Shown here in pieces: positions 49,820 through 63,235 of a stretch of 64,000 nucleotides of DNA (the stretch's first letter is position 1; each line of letters begins with the position of its first letter). A program made the translations under genes and the position numbers. The DNA is from Lama guanicoe (lineage: Eukaryota), in the NCBI GenBank assembly GCA_013239625.1, contig MU053881.1:7587957-7651956 (forward strand), given 5' to 3'. The notes beneath the pieces are model-generated. The model made no database searches. It was given only the letters and a program-made list of their open reading frames with translations, and was not told where the DNA came from.

Positions 49820-51650
49820 CCTTTAAAACAGTATACTGTGAAACAGAGAAAAATATATAAACCATAAATATACAGTTTAATGAATTCTTATAAAGTGGAT
49901 GCACCCAAATCATGCCAACCAGGGCACAATATAGATGTTTATCAGGACCTTAGACACCCTCTCTATGCCCTTTCCTCATCACACGTCATTCCTCTCAACT
50001 AAATATAACTCTGATTGTATGAATTACATAGTGATAACTTCTTTGCATTTCTTTCGATTTACCATGTAAACATTCTGATCTGAATTTTGTTAAAATGCAG
50101 ATCTGTAGTATGTATTCTTTTGTGCATGTTTTCTTTTCCTCAATGTCATGTTTGTGTGATTCAGTCCCCTTGTTGTACGTAGCTATAATTCACTTAGGTT
50201 TGTCATTACCTAGTATTCCATTGTATGAATATACGATAGCTTATATAACCATTCTACTTGTGATGGACATTTGGGTTATTCCCAGTTTGGGGCCATGACT
50301 GTATTGCTGCTATGAACCTTCTTATCCATGACGTCTGGAGCACATGTGCATGCATCTCGGAATTGCTGGATCACGGGCATGCATTACTTTCAAATTTGGT
50401 AGATAAGGCAAAAATGTTTCCAAAATGTGCCAGTGTATGCTTTGCTTCACTTCCCATCTTCACCAGCAGTTGATATTGTCCATCTTTTGAAGTTTTAACC
50501 ATCTGAATAACCATGTGATAGTATTTCATTTGTGTTTTAATTTGATTTATCTTGATTAATAGGTTGTGTACCTTTCCTTATATTTATAAATTATGTGAAT
50601 TTTCTCTTTTGCAAAGGACTTGTTAGAGTCTCTTCTGTAGTTTTTCTTTTTTCTTTTTATTTCCTTGCCTACTTTTCTGCTGGGTTGTCTGTCTTATTTT
50701 TATTGATTTGTAAGAATTCTTTATATAACTTGTATATGAGCCTTTTGTGAGTTATATGTTTTGCTAATATCTATTCAGACTCTGTGTGAAAATACCTTTT
50801 CCTTTGCTTAATGGTACATTTTGAAGAAATGAAGTTCTTAATATTACTGTGGTCAAGTTTATCAACCCAGGGCTTTCTATGTCACATTTAAAAATTTTTG
50901 TCTCAAACCAGTTATAAAGATTATCCACTCTATTATAATCTAAAATATTATTGTTTGCTTTTCATATTTAGGTCTGTAATCCACCTAGAATTGATTTTTT
51001 GTTTATGGTGTTAAGACAAGAGTCAAATCCATGTTTTCCCATGTGCATACCTAATTATCCCAGCAATATTTATCGAAAAGGCCATCCTTTCCTTAATTCT
51101 CTGCAATGACATTTTTAACATAAAGCAAATGTCCATTTACTGTGTAGATTCGTTTCTGTTGAGACATCAGTCTATTTGCCTAATTTGATACTAACTAAAC
51201 ATTGCCTTAATTACTACAACTTTATAATAAATCTTAATATACAATAGAGTAAGTCTTTCCAGTTTGTTTTCCTTCTTTAAGCTGTCTTTGCTATTCTTGT
51301 ACATTTGCATTTCTATTATATTTTTAAATCATATTGAAAAATTCCACACAAAAGATTTGGGGATTTTTTTTTAAGGCAAAATCAGTTTGGGGAGAATTGA
51401 ATGCTTTTGTGATAGTTAGTCTTATAATTCATGATCAAGATATATCTCCATCTATTTTGTACTTTAAAAATTCTTTCATTGTATTTTGTAATATTCTATG
51501 AGGAGGTTTTGCAAATTTTGTCAGATTCATTCCTAGGAATTTGATTTTTTTTAATCCATTATGTATGGTATATTTTTATAAAATTTATTTTCCAGCTACC
51601 ACTTGAATTTAGAAATGCAATTTATTTTTATATATCAATCTTGTTTTAAT
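49820..51650 (-). mobile_element. Old L1M (L1ME/MD) 3' UTR and ORF2 3' part
   Basis: tagtattccattgtatgaata...gatggacatttgggttattcccagtttgggg...ggaattgctggatca...ttttcatatttaggtctgtaatccacctagaattgattttt. Confidence 0.85.
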
Positions 51651-54600
51651 TTTACTTTGTTTAGTCCTTTCATCTAGATTATTTCCTATATTTACCATAT
51701 TAATTGTTCCTTGTTCCTGCACCTCATTTTCCTTCTGACTGAAGAGCATCCTTTAGTATTTTCTTCAGTGCAGATCCACGGGCAGCAAATCCTATGTTTT
51801 TCTTGGTTTGAAAATGACTGCGTTTAATCTTCATCCTTTTCAGTTTGTTTGCTTGAATCAGAATCCTAATAAAGTACATACCTGGTAATTACTTAATAAG
51901 ATTTTAAATTATTGCAACCTTTAGTTATCTCTTCATCTCTTCTTTTTTCTTGCACCTTACTTTTTGAAGCTGCCATCATTTATCCTGCAGAGTTTCCCCA
52001 GAAATTTAGTTTTGCTGATGGCATCTCTGGAGTGTCACTTAACGTCTTCCTTTCGCCCTGTATCTCTCACAAATTGGTAGTTAATGGATTTATTGTCCAT
52101 TGAATTGCAGATTCATTCGTTTGACAAAACTATTCAGATGTGGTATTGAGTCCTTTCATCAGGAGGCACATAATATTTGTTTGCCTCTTTTTGTCTGATG
52201 ATAGAAGTTATTAATCAATTCTAATTGTATTGTATCAATCACATATTACCCTAAACAACTTAATTTGGTTGTCTGAAGCCTCTTCTCTAGTACTTCCTTC
52301 GAAAAGTTATAATGAGAATAATATTCTCATATGTTCATGGTGTGTTTGGTCTTTTATCCTTGAAAATTAGTTTGACTGAATAAATCAACTCACATCCCAG
52401 CCCTTGGGAGTTTTACATTGGTTACATCATTGTCTTCTGGCATAAAGTATAGCTATTACAAAGTTAGATGATGATACGATTTTTTTCTTTGTAAGTGACT
52501 TGGTAATTTTGTCTGGATATCCAAAGGAATTTTTCTATTTCTATGACATTCTATCATTTTTCTAGAATATGGTTGGTGTTGGTTGCTCTGCTTTGACTGA
52601 TCAAGCAAAGCAGTATACCCTTTCAATACGTACTTTCATATCTTTTTTTTCAATTTACACAAAGTTTTCTTGAATTACAGTTTAACATGATTTTTGTATT
52701 GCTTTGACTTTCTTTTTCCTTTTCACCTTCTAGTTTTCTTAAGGCATTATTTATTATTTACTTGTGTGCTCCTTTGAGTTTCATCATCATTTCTGAAATG
52801 TGTTTGCTTTCCTTTTTCTTTCTCTTTCTTTCCTGAATTCTGTCACTTCATTTCTGAGTTTTAAAGTTTCTGATATATGCTGTTCTTTTGTATCTTTGTT
52901 GATTTTCTTACAACTTTTAGCTTTGAGTATTAGGTTATAATTTTTAATCTGTACACATGTCTGTCTGGAGCAGTGTCTAGTGTCTGGGGGGGATGTTATT
53001 CTGTTCTTCATTTTCTTTTTTCTTATCATAACTTCAAATGGGAAATGATCAAGATTCTTTTTGGTTTCTTTTCTTTACATGTGAAATTAGTGTTTTTGAA
53101 CTTTTAAGAAGGAGGGTGAACAGTTTTTCTAGCTTTGCTACTCAAGAGTTCCTCCTTCTTCCTTGTTTTTATGAAGTGTTAAAAATGTGGCTTTGTCTTT
53201 TATTAGACCTTCTGGCTTTTTTCCCTTCTCCACATTTATCTGACTCTTGTCCTTTTTTGCCCCTACTGATTCTGTCCTACTCAATTTAAATTCTATTTCC
53301 ATCCATTATACTCCATTGTGGGGTTTCATCCTGGAAGGAAATGAGCCAGTTAGTTTTGAGAATTTGTAGGGCTCTGGCTGCTCCAGCCATCCTAACTTTA
53401 CTACAGGTCCTTTGCCCTCAGTTAAAATTGTAATATGAAAAATCCCTCCCAACTTCAGAAACTCAGTCTCAAATGGGACTCATGCTTTTTAGAGAAAAAC
53501 TGTTGAGGATTTTGTGGTTCTCATTTTAGAACAATCAAATGCCCTGTTGTTTTCCCTCTGCTTTCTCCTGCTTACTTGCTGACATTATACGTGCCTAGTA
53601 GCTGTTCATCCGAATCATTTGTATTTGGGTAGGTGGGGATCCTTTAATCTCTTATTTTTGTTTTAGGTATTGTTTTTCATCTTTAATTTTTCAATCTTAG
53701 TGTCTCTGTATATTTTTAGTGGGCTGATTCAGAGAGACTGAAAAACAACCACTGCCGCCACAACAGCTATCTTCCCAGAATTCTCACTCTTACTCTTGAA
53801 GAATATTTTTGCTGGATATAATTTCTATGATGGCAGTTATCTTCTTAAAGCAAATAAAAGGCTGTCATTCCACTTCTGCTGGCTTCCACTGTTGACATGG
53901 AAGTGTCATGTGTTGCTCTTATTCTTTTGAAGGTTATCTGTGTTTTCTTTTGGCTACTTTATAGAATGTTTCCTTTTTAAAATACTCAATATGATGTGTT
54001 TAGGTATGGATTTATTTTTATATTATGCTTGGGGGTTATTAGGTTATCTCAAATCTGTGAATTAGTATCATCATCAGTTTTGAACCATTCTCAGCCATCA
54101 TCCCTTCCTTCCTAATTTTTCTTTACACCTTCTAGTTCCTCTGGTGCTCCAGTTACAGGTATGTTAGACTTTCTTGTTGTGTCTTCTGGGATCTTGCTTA
54201 CTCTACTCTGTTTTGTATACTTTTTTTCTCCCCATGATATTTTCTGAATAGTTTCTTCTGATCTCTCTTTCAGTTTACCTCTCTTCAGCTCTGTTTAATA
54301 CATTGTTGAATCCAACTAGATAGTTCCTTTTTTAATTCTAGAATTTCTAGTTATTTTCTAAATCTGCAAATTTAGCTTTAATAATTTCTAGTTCTTTGCT
54401 AAAAAATATTAAGTTCAATTTTATATTTATGAAAATAGTAAGCTAATTATTTTCATAATCCATGCATAGAATTCCTACTATGTGGAGCACTTATGGACTG
54501 TTTTAAGTTGTTTATAATAACTTTCTTTTATGTTATCTTGTCTTCTCCTGTCCTGGTTATTGTTGACTGTGTGCTAGCTATTGTATATGGAAGTTAATTT

Positions 54601-55150
54601 ATGAAAATTAATTTATAAAATAATACGACTGTCATGCTGTTATCCTTATCCAAACAGGATTCTCATTTGCCTTTTCAGGGTGTCTGGAAGTACTAGCAAC
54701 ATTGGATCATCTAAATCTAATTTTAGGGCTTGAAACTTTTCTGGGCCACCCAGATGAATTAAAACTATTCCACATTAATGTGATCTCATCATTATTTCTA
54801 GTATCTAGTGCTTGCCAGTTCCAGTCATTCGTGCAGCATGTTTTCTAAGGACCCCTAAGTCTGGCAAGCCCTGAATTTCAACTTTTGTCTCCTTCAGCCT
54901 ATATAAGGCTGTAAAAATGCTGCTCAGCTTTTCATCCACTTCTGCTTCATTAGTCAATGTCCTCTGGGATAAAGGGGAACCAGATGCAGGCTCACTTTTC
55001 TGAATATCTATTTTCTCCCAGATCTGTGCTTACTAATTCCACTCTAAGTGATGCTTTTGGGGTAAGATGAATTACATATTTCTCCTAGAATTTTAAAAAT
55101 TGTCCTCAGCAGGAAAATCAGCCTGAACTACCTGATCCATCATTACCCAA
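51650..55150 (-). mobile_element. Mosaic of very old L1/HAL1 fragments (ORF1/5' region plus an L1MC 3' UTR piece near 51835-52210)
   Basis: T-rich top strand; ttgaagaatatttttgctggatata, cagttttgaaccattctcagccat, ccagttacaggtatgttagac; K/E-rich coiled-coil-like minus ORF 52787-53029. Confidence 0.65.
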
Positions 55151-55157
55151 GACTTTA

Positions 55158-55295
55158 TTGCTTCATCCGTAAAATGGAGTGCATAAATACCAATCATATG
55201 GCATTGTTGTAAGACCCAAATGATGTGTGAATAAATTATTTAGCAAGATATATGGCATATAATGAACTCTCAATTAAAATAGCTATTATTTTCAT
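55158..55295 (+). mobile_element. MIR SINE
   Basis: cttcatccgtaaaatggag...gttgtaagacccaaatga...tggcatataatgaactctcaattaaaatagctattatt. Confidence 0.75.
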
Positions 55296-55964
55296 TATAT
55301 TATTGGCAAGGACTGTGTCTTACTAATTGTTACACCCATGCAGAAACCATTAAATCTCTCTGGCAGGAGGGAAAATAATTATATAATTAACACATCATTG
55401 AGAACTTCAGGGTATGTAAATGAAAAGAAAATATTTTTCCAGTCCAGGCTTACCTCTGTGGCTAAGATAATCAGAAGGAGACAGGCAGAAACCAGTAAAG
55501 AATGATTAGAACCAATTATCCACTGATTAGGGAAGGGATGTTGGTTAGTATTCTTATCTTGTTTGTGTTTTATATTCCATAGCTAGCTGGAAAATAAGAC
55601 CACTGGCCTACTTAACACTCTAAGATTATGTGGTCTGTAGGAGAGGCAACACTGCATTAATTTCTTAAAAGATAGAATTTATATTTACATTCAAAATTTC
55701 ATGAATTCAAAATTGAAATTTTTGTATTTATATTTATAGTCAAAAGTTCATGAAGCCTGTTGGGTAATTTAATTTCTTCCTCTAATATCATTTTGCTGAG
55801 AGTTCCCTGTTGCTAGGAGCGGCTGTGAGGTTTACTGACACTTGAAATGAGATGACACCAGTTTGGAGAGTCAGTTACCTGCCCTCCCATATCCCATGGC
55901 TCTAATGACTTTTGTTTTCCTGTTCCTCCCTTCATTTTGCCCCACTCCATGTGAGGCCAAGCCA

Positions 55965-56295
55965 TTCTGAAAGTAGCAGACCTGTGTTCCACTTTCAGAT
56001 CCACTACTGAAAGCTGTGTGATATTAATTACTAAGCGCTTTACGTGTTTTAACTCACTATGATCATCACAAGAACTCTAAGCACTGAATGTTATAACTAC
56101 ATCCATGAAGAAATGAATGCAAGGAAAGTTTAATCATCCAAAGTCACATATTGAGTACCTTCTTACTACCTTTTCTAACTTTATATTTTCCACCTGCAAA
56201 TGGTAAATAGTAACTAGCCTTGATGGGATGATTAGGTAAGATAATTATGTAATATGCCTGGCATATGGTAGGCACTCAATATGTTTAATTGCTTA
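55965..56295. mobile_element. MIR fragments in both orientations
   Basis: aagcgctttacgtgttttaactca...ccaaagtcaca and ccacctgcaaatgg...tgcctggcatatggtaggcactcaata. Confidence 0.65.
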
Positions 56296-56439
56296 CATAG
56301 TCAGAGACATGTCCTAGAATTGTAGAATCCACTGAATTATTTTTTCTTTGGGTGCGTTATTCTCATCATTATGGTATCTCAGTGCCTGACTTAGTGCCTG
56401 ATTCAGGGGCGCTCCATAAGTATTGTTAAAATGTAAGTA

Positions 56440-56815
56440 TGTAAATCTTAGAGTTAAAAAAGGACTTTAGAAGCCACCTAATTCAACCTGACTCATTAAA
56501 GGAATCCTTTTTTAGGGAACCTCCAAAGAAGGAAGGCAACTAATTCATTGTTTTCACAAGGCAATCCATTCTATTATTGAAAATTTCTTATTCTTAGAAA
56601 ATTCTTCCTTAAAACAAATGATCTATGAATTTAGGGCATTAGCTCTGATTTTGCCCTCTGGAAGTGCATGGAATGTGGGGTTTTTGTTTTTGTTTTTGAT
56701 TTTGCCTTATTTTGCCTGAGTCTTCCTTCAGATGTTTCACTATAGCTCAGAGATCCACTTCGTACCTTTCATTCCAAACCAGATACACCCAGTAACTTCC
56801 ATCGTTCCTCATATA
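56440..56815 (-). mobile_element. L3/CR1 LINE 3' region
   Basis: aggcaatccattctatt...ttagaaaattcttcctta...ttttgccctctgga...ccttcagatgttt...acacccagtaacttccatcgttcctcata. Confidence 0.7.
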
Positions 56816-58129
56816 AACCAAATGTCAATTCAGGACAGTCTGTCCTTTGCGATTTAAATAAAATTGGCTAGAGCCTCCCATCCCACATCCTGTAGGAAAT
56901 CCAACGCCCAACCCAAGGTTTCTGTGAATTCCTGGGGATTTATGTTCTTAAGGTGGCCTCTGGCTTCGAATTCTTAATCTACAGAACTCTGTCTCATTTC
57001 TTTCTTCGCTTTGGATTTTCTCAGCTCTCTACCCAACCATGATCTTGACATGAACTCATCCTCCTGAACCCTAAAAACCACACACCTGTAGCATTTGGGG
57101 GTATGACAGAGTTTATCGGTGGTGATAATAGAGACAATTTCCACTACCAAACATAAGCCACTTGAAAATAAATATTTGACAATGTAGTTCTTCAAATCTC
57201 TTATCCATTGTGCCACCAGGAATTTATTAGTTGCCCCCTTTTCCTGGGACTGTGTCTTCTAGCATATTGCCTCCGCCTCCCCATCTGCATTACTCTCCCC
57301 ACTTCCTAGTCTTTCCTTTTTCTAACAGTATTCAAAGTCCGACTCATTGCTTATTACAGAGCTCTCTTTTTTCAAGTTATGCCCATATAGGGTCTTATCT
57401 TCCACACCAAAGCTATTTATCAAAAAATGTTGCTAAACAACAAAATTATCTTCCTAAAAGAGCCCCGGCTACATACTTATGACATGATTTCAACGCTTCT
57501 CTCTTCTTGATCTCCTCATTAAATAAGCTTTACTTGTTAATATCTCTCCTGGAATAGAGCTATCAGATGGAACATAGTGAGGTCTGAGAACATAGCTCCA
57601 GTAATGTAAAAACTGTACCTGATAGAATTTCAGAACAGTGCCTAGATAGGGCCTGCATGTGATATAAATGCCAGACATGAACAACACGGTGTCTATTATT
57701 TCTTCTCCCTCAGGTGTTTCAGCCAGCTAGAGATTTAATTTACATATGTATGCACCAGTAGAATCCTTAGTTGTTACTCCAGCAAACATTCTGCACCAGG
57801 GATGGGATGCAGACACCCTGGCGCATGACTCCCATTCTGAATGATGAACGTGTTTTCTTAATCCGCACGTACCTGGGGAAAATTCTGTTCATGTCACATG
57901 CATCCTTTGTAAGCTACATCTGATTGCTTATGGATGTCAGGTTGTGATTTGGACTTTTTAAAGCATAAGAAAGTAATCTAGAGTGATAATAACAACTTGG
58001 GAAAGCCCTAGTTTTGGTCCACCAGTCATCATTTCCGTAGACAGTTGTGGAGTTCCCTCGAATGCTAAGTTGAAGTTGCACTCATAATTGATGGCCTGAA
58101 GAATAGAGGAGCCTGGGGTTCCTGCAGTT

Positions 58130-58372
58130 ACAATAGTGTATGTTTCCTAGGTACTTACCTTCGGCGAGGTACTGTGCTCAATACATTAGATCTGTTATCT
58201 CATTTCCTCCTCCCTAAAACGCTGGACTATCAGTCATTTTATTCTCCCCATTTTATTGATGAAGAAACTAAGGTATAGAGAAATGAAGCAGTGTGCTCAA
58301 AGAGACACAGCAAAGGAGCAGGAGAGTGAGATGCCAGCTCAGGCTGGTTGGAAAGCCAGGGGCCATAACCCA
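58130..58372 (-). mobile_element. MIR SINE
   Basis: attctccccattttattgatgaagaaactaaggtatagagaaatgaagc. Confidence 0.8.
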
Positions 58373-59026
58373 CTGTTCTCCCACCCCTTCCACACAGAGA
58401 GGTGGGAGGAAAAAGCCAGCTGGAACATTCCTTTTTTTTTGCTGGATGCCTCAACAGCCTCCTTTTGGGTCCCTAACATACCATTATTGGCAAATCTAAA
58501 CCAGGTGGCTGGTCAATTTTTTTCTTAAAGGGAGCCTAGAAGAGGAATTGCTTCTTTATCTTTCCCTTATGGGATCCAGAGCTGCACAAGAAGTAATGGG
58601 AGAGTTCACTGAATTTTAAAGAGGAGAGAGGCAGTGGCTCAGAGGCAGCATGAAGAGGTTACCAGAGAGATGCAGGGGGTGACAGCTATCAGAGGTGAAC
58701 TGGCCCCATCGTGGTCTCTGTGTAAATGTCAGTCCCCTTCAGAGAGGATTATTTTGCATCTTGATTAAAGTGTCTCAGGAGATGAACCTCATTAAATAGA
58801 ACCAATGGGTTGAAAGCATGTAATTAAACTAAACCATTTTTGTTCTTCGTAATGCCTTAAATACCTGTTTATGTGGAAGCCTGAACATCAAATAGCTTCC
58901 CCAGGCAAGAGACCGTGGGAGCCGTGGAGTTACGGTAGTAAGAATCCTCTGGACGCTTAAGAGTCTTTGTATTTCCTCAGGGGCTGAGCTTGCCTTCCAA
59001 AACTTTCTACTGTGACTTCACAGAAG

Positions 59027-59041
59027 ACACACACACACACA
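59027..59041. repeat. short (CA)n microsatellite
   Basis: acacacacacacaca. Confidence 0.8.
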
Positions 59042-59239
59042 GAGTCTAGAATATCAGAATCAGAAACACTTCTTGGGACAACACCTGCTTCATTGATTTG
59101 CTGATTGATCGACAGATTCATCCAACATTTTAGGAAGAGCCTACTACTGCATGTCAGGCACCAGCAACTCAGGAGTGAATATTCCTGGCCTCGAGGAATT
59201 TACACTCGAGGAGGAAACACAGAAAGCTTCTTTTGTGTT

Positions 59240-59900
59240 CTGCAGGGATCGGTCCTGGATGCCTTTCCTTTCCTTTTGTTTTCACTTTATAGTCTCACCT
59301 AGGTGAGCTTGGCCATCCTCGTAAATTCATACCATTTCTATGAAGATGATTCTCAAGTATATATCACCTGACAGCTTCTCTCTTTGAAGCTTTACATCCA
59401 TGTACCTAACCATCTATATGTTTCCTCAACATAAACTACACATGAATCTCAAAGTTCACACGACCAGAATCCTTGTCCTCCAGAATCCTTCTCCAGGCTC
59501 TCTCATCTTGGTAAATAGACCCATATTCCACCCAGAAGTTTAAATGAGAAACCTGGGTGTCATGCGAAGCTCCCATTGCTCTTACCTCCCATGTCCAGGG
59601 AATCCACAGGTCCTCTCCCTGCTACATCCAAAACTCATCTTGTTAGATTATGTCTCTTCATCTCTCCTTCCACTTCCTTACCCTGAGCGTCCATCATCTT
59701 TCACCAGAACTAATGTAACAGCGTCCTGACCAGTCTCCTTGCTTTCATTTGTGTCCGTCTCCAACCAGTTCCTCACACAGCAGCCAGAGTGATCTTCTCA
59801 AAGTATAAGCTGGACCATCCCTCTTCAGCATACATTAGCATAGTGATCACAGTAATTACAGTGTTCTGCAAGGCTCTTAGTTATAGTCTCTGCCTGCCCC
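59240..59900 (+). mobile_element. L2 LINE (ORF2 3' region)
   Basis: cagggatcggtcctgg...ctatgaagatgattctcaagtatatatc (decayed PQGSVLG / YADD-like) ...cacacagcagccagagtgatctt. Confidence 0.8.
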
Positions 59901-59997
59901 CAACCTCTTCTTAGAAATCTCAGCTCTCTCAGGTCTGGTTTAGCTTGATATTAGGTTGCTGTGGGGTAGAATATGCAAGAAATTCTAAAGCCCTTAT

Positions 59998-60310
59998 GAT
60001 AATAGCTACCATGTGCCTAGCTCTGTACTAAATGGTTTATTTATAGAATTTATAATCTCAAACACACTCCTCTGGAAGAGAGGCAATAATATATCCATTT
60101 TACAGATGAAAAGATCTAGATGTAGGGTCACACAGCTTGTGACTGGACGAACCTAGACTCAACCCAAGCCCTCTTTCACTTCAGGAAGGGCGCCATGTCT
60201 GATTTATCTCTTTTGTGCCACTTAACACGCAACAAACATACTGCCTTAAATTGTACAGAGTGAATAACTATTTGAACCAGAATTTGAACCCAGAGCTCCA
60301 AAGCCTGGGT
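59998..60310 (-). mobile_element. MIR SINE fragments
   Basis: atatccattttacagatgaaaa...ggtcacacagct and gaaccagaatttgaacccag. Confidence 0.75.
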
Positions 60311-60421
60311 TCTTCTCATGCTATTGGGGTGACATTCCTCTTCTAGTAGGAAGCTTTCTATCAAAAGCAGAAAGCCTTGAGAATAGTCCTGGCTGTACAG
60401 AAGAAAATTTAAACTTCTGTA

Positions 60422-60601
60422 TCAGCAACAGTCAACCTGGCATCATTAAAAGAATCACATGAGAACTTTCATAAAAGAATGAGGCGTAAGCCCTCACTTT
60501 TGGAAGTATGATTGAATTGGACGGTAGTAGGATCTAGGCTCCAGGCATATTTTAAAATGTGCCTCAAGTGATTCTAAGTTGCAGCCAGGATTGAGACGCT
60601 G
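60422..60601. mobile_element. MER5A-type hAT MITE
   Basis: agaatcacatgagaactt...cctcaagtgattctaagttgcagccaggattgaga. Confidence 0.7.
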
Positions 60602-61389
60602 TCATAGTTTGGTTGGAAGGAGGCAACCTTGTTCCAGTTGAGACGATCCCCTTGGACTGTTTCTCCCTTCGTAAGCTCATTGGCCAGGTCAGGTCAGCCT
60701 GTAACTTCAGCACCTGTTTGCCTCGAGGCTGATGGGGAGCCCACACTGTACTCCCTGGAGGTGTTCTTGGACAAGAAAGTATCTTGAGACAGAAACATGA
60801 TAAAGAAGGTTTCTAGAGGCTATTTGGTTTCACCGAATCGTGTAAACAACAGTTTCAGATCTCCTCCAAAAATTCATTTCACACTGAGCAGCCCCTAAGG
60901 AAATGTAATCCGCAACTCTCTTCCTGTAATCCTCTGGCAATTTCCTTTCAAGTAGGAGATGAATGGGTCCTGAAGGTTGAGGCTTCATCCATCTCTAGGG
61001 AGGGGCTTCGGTGGCAGCAACCTTGCAAGCCTGCTTCAGTTCTGCAGGGGACTGGGGATAGGACGGGGCGTTAAGGGTAAGGACTGGATCAGGGAAGGAC
61101 ATATTCATAAGCTCTGTGGCTTTTCTCTCATTCTCCTATTCCACTGAGCTGCCCCTTGTGCAGACTTCAGATGATCCTTCAGTAGATTAAGCTGGAAATT
61201 AAAACACACTACTTTTCATTTTCAAAAGAAGTAGGAACAGTAGTCGTTTACAGCCTGTTAGTGTTAGCCTGCAATGCAAAGATTACCTTGACAATGAGCA
61301 CCTTCCTCTTCCTTATCATCACACCATCATTGAGTACTGTTATGAGCATTAAAGTAATCATAGTCCTAATTTACTCTCTTAATAATGGT

Positions 61390-61605
61390 AGGATGTATGA
61401 TTAGGAGCCTGAACTCTGGGACTTGATTCACTGGCTCCTGAGAATCTGCCCCTTATTAATGGAATACTTTAGGCAAGTTATTTTGCCTCAGGTTATGTAT
61501 CTATAAAATGGGCACCCTAATTCACCTCTCTCTAATTTATCATGATTGAAAGAATGATATGTATGAATTACATTAGCTCCTGGCACTTAGCCAATACTGT
61601 TTATC
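61390..61605 (+). mobile_element. MIR SINE
   Basis: actttaggcaagttatt...gcctcagg...atctataaaatggg. Confidence 0.7.
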
Positions 61606-62429
61606 TGTTTTAAAATATCGTAAAATACAGCCCACAACCAAGGAGATTAACTGCCAGCTTATCAAACTCCCATGAGAAGTACAGGAGCATGTTCAGTCTT
61701 TGAGTTTCATGGTGTTTCCTGTCTTATACATATTCTGTTATGAGACAGACAGAGAGAAGACTTCTCTGTAGGCACCTGGGTTGCTCCGTGTAGCATCCCC
61801 CAGAGTCAGCAGAGACACAGCACATCCTGTCTTGGATGCTAATTTGCCTCTCTGCTCTCACACTTTCTTAATTTTTTCAATTCCTTTGTTTCCTCATAGT
61901 CTACTCCTTAACCCCCACCAAGGCTCTATGTAATCCTTTGCTCAGACCAGCACAATTTATCATTGATACAGTTCTCCTGCTTCTAACACTGCTTAAAGGT
62001 AGGTGTTGAGAATGGAGCTAGGAAGGCAGGAAGATGCCCTCATCATAGCTTGGCCACAAAATGAGTCTCTAAATGGTAATCAGACCTTTCATTCTATCAA
62101 TATTAAATTTATTCTTTAGTGTTATGCTAAAAGTCCTTCTCTATCATTTGTTTTCTTGGCTCACCATGTCCCAGCTTTCACGCAGGTATATCTGTCTCAC
62201 TACAAAATCGTAAATAATGGCTGCTATTAGTGGAGCTCTGACTACACCGTGTGCCATACACTAACTACGTGGACCTGAATATACTAAAACTCCTCAAACG
62301 TAGACAAGTGCTATTATTATAATTTAGAGTCAAAGAAATTAAGGATGGAGGAATTCCTTCCTCCGTGTGATGCTGCTTTTCAAGACATTAAAAGGTGAGT
62401 CACTTCAAGAACCACAGGCACCGAAATGA

Positions 62430-62630
62430 TTAAAGACTGCTTTAACCACGTTTTTACATTTATCCTTTGAAACATTACAGTGAAGCATTTATTATCTTTC
62501 CCATTTTGCAAATAGGGAAACCACAGTTCAGAGGATTTAAAGGGCATGCCCTAGGTGACACAGCTAGTACAAAACTAGGACCAGAAGCCAAGGTTCCTGA
62601 CTTGGATCCCACATCCTGCCCACTGTACTG
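62430..62630 (-). mobile_element. MIR SINE
   Basis: ttattatctttcccattttgcaaatagggaaaccacag...gccctaggtgacacagctagt. Confidence 0.75.
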
Positions 62631-62914
62631 GTTGTTGTCATTACTTGGTGGCTTTTCTTCGTATAAAATTGGAGTCTGGCTTGCAGTAGGTGATCATCAT
62701 TTATTTGTTGAATGGCTGAATGAAAAAGTGAAGGCTGTTTTCAGTCCTTTCTTTGTCTCTTTTAGCACCCTCCAGATGGCTAATCTTGGTTGATACTCCA
62801 GAATTTCCTTCCCTGCGGCCCCAGACAGCTTCCTGTCCCCCAAGTCCATAAAAATTTAGCCGTTTTTTAAAATCCCATTATTTCTAGGTTATAAGAACAT
62901 AAGTTACAAAACCA

Positions 62915-63110
62915 ATTAGCACTTACTAAGCATGTGCTATGTATTAGGTACTTAATTGTCATATTAAATCCTTATAGCAAATTTAAGGGTATGAATTGTT
63001 ATTTCCATTTACAGGTGAGAAAATCAAGACCTTAAAAATCACATGACTTTACAAAACTAGCAAGTGTCAGTGGTGTTCCATCCCAGATTTATCTGACTCC
63101 TAAAGTTGCA
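62915..63110 (-). mobile_element. MIR SINE
   Basis: ttatttccatttacaggtgagaaaatcaagac...cccagatttatctgactcc. Confidence 0.7.
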
Positions 63111-63235
63111 GGTCATACTTGCTGAATTCTCCTGCCCCCACTCAGTGCTGGCAGTAATTGCCAAGACTTTGTTTTTCCACCCATCCCTCCCCGGTGCCAT
63201 TTGCATTTTAATAAAGTCTTTCAATGCTGCAGCCC

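Noticed and set aside
57695..57880. + strand acceptor tcttctccctcag and minus-strand donor CAG|GTACGT
   Set aside because: Isolated splice-like motifs without an open or coding-like exon
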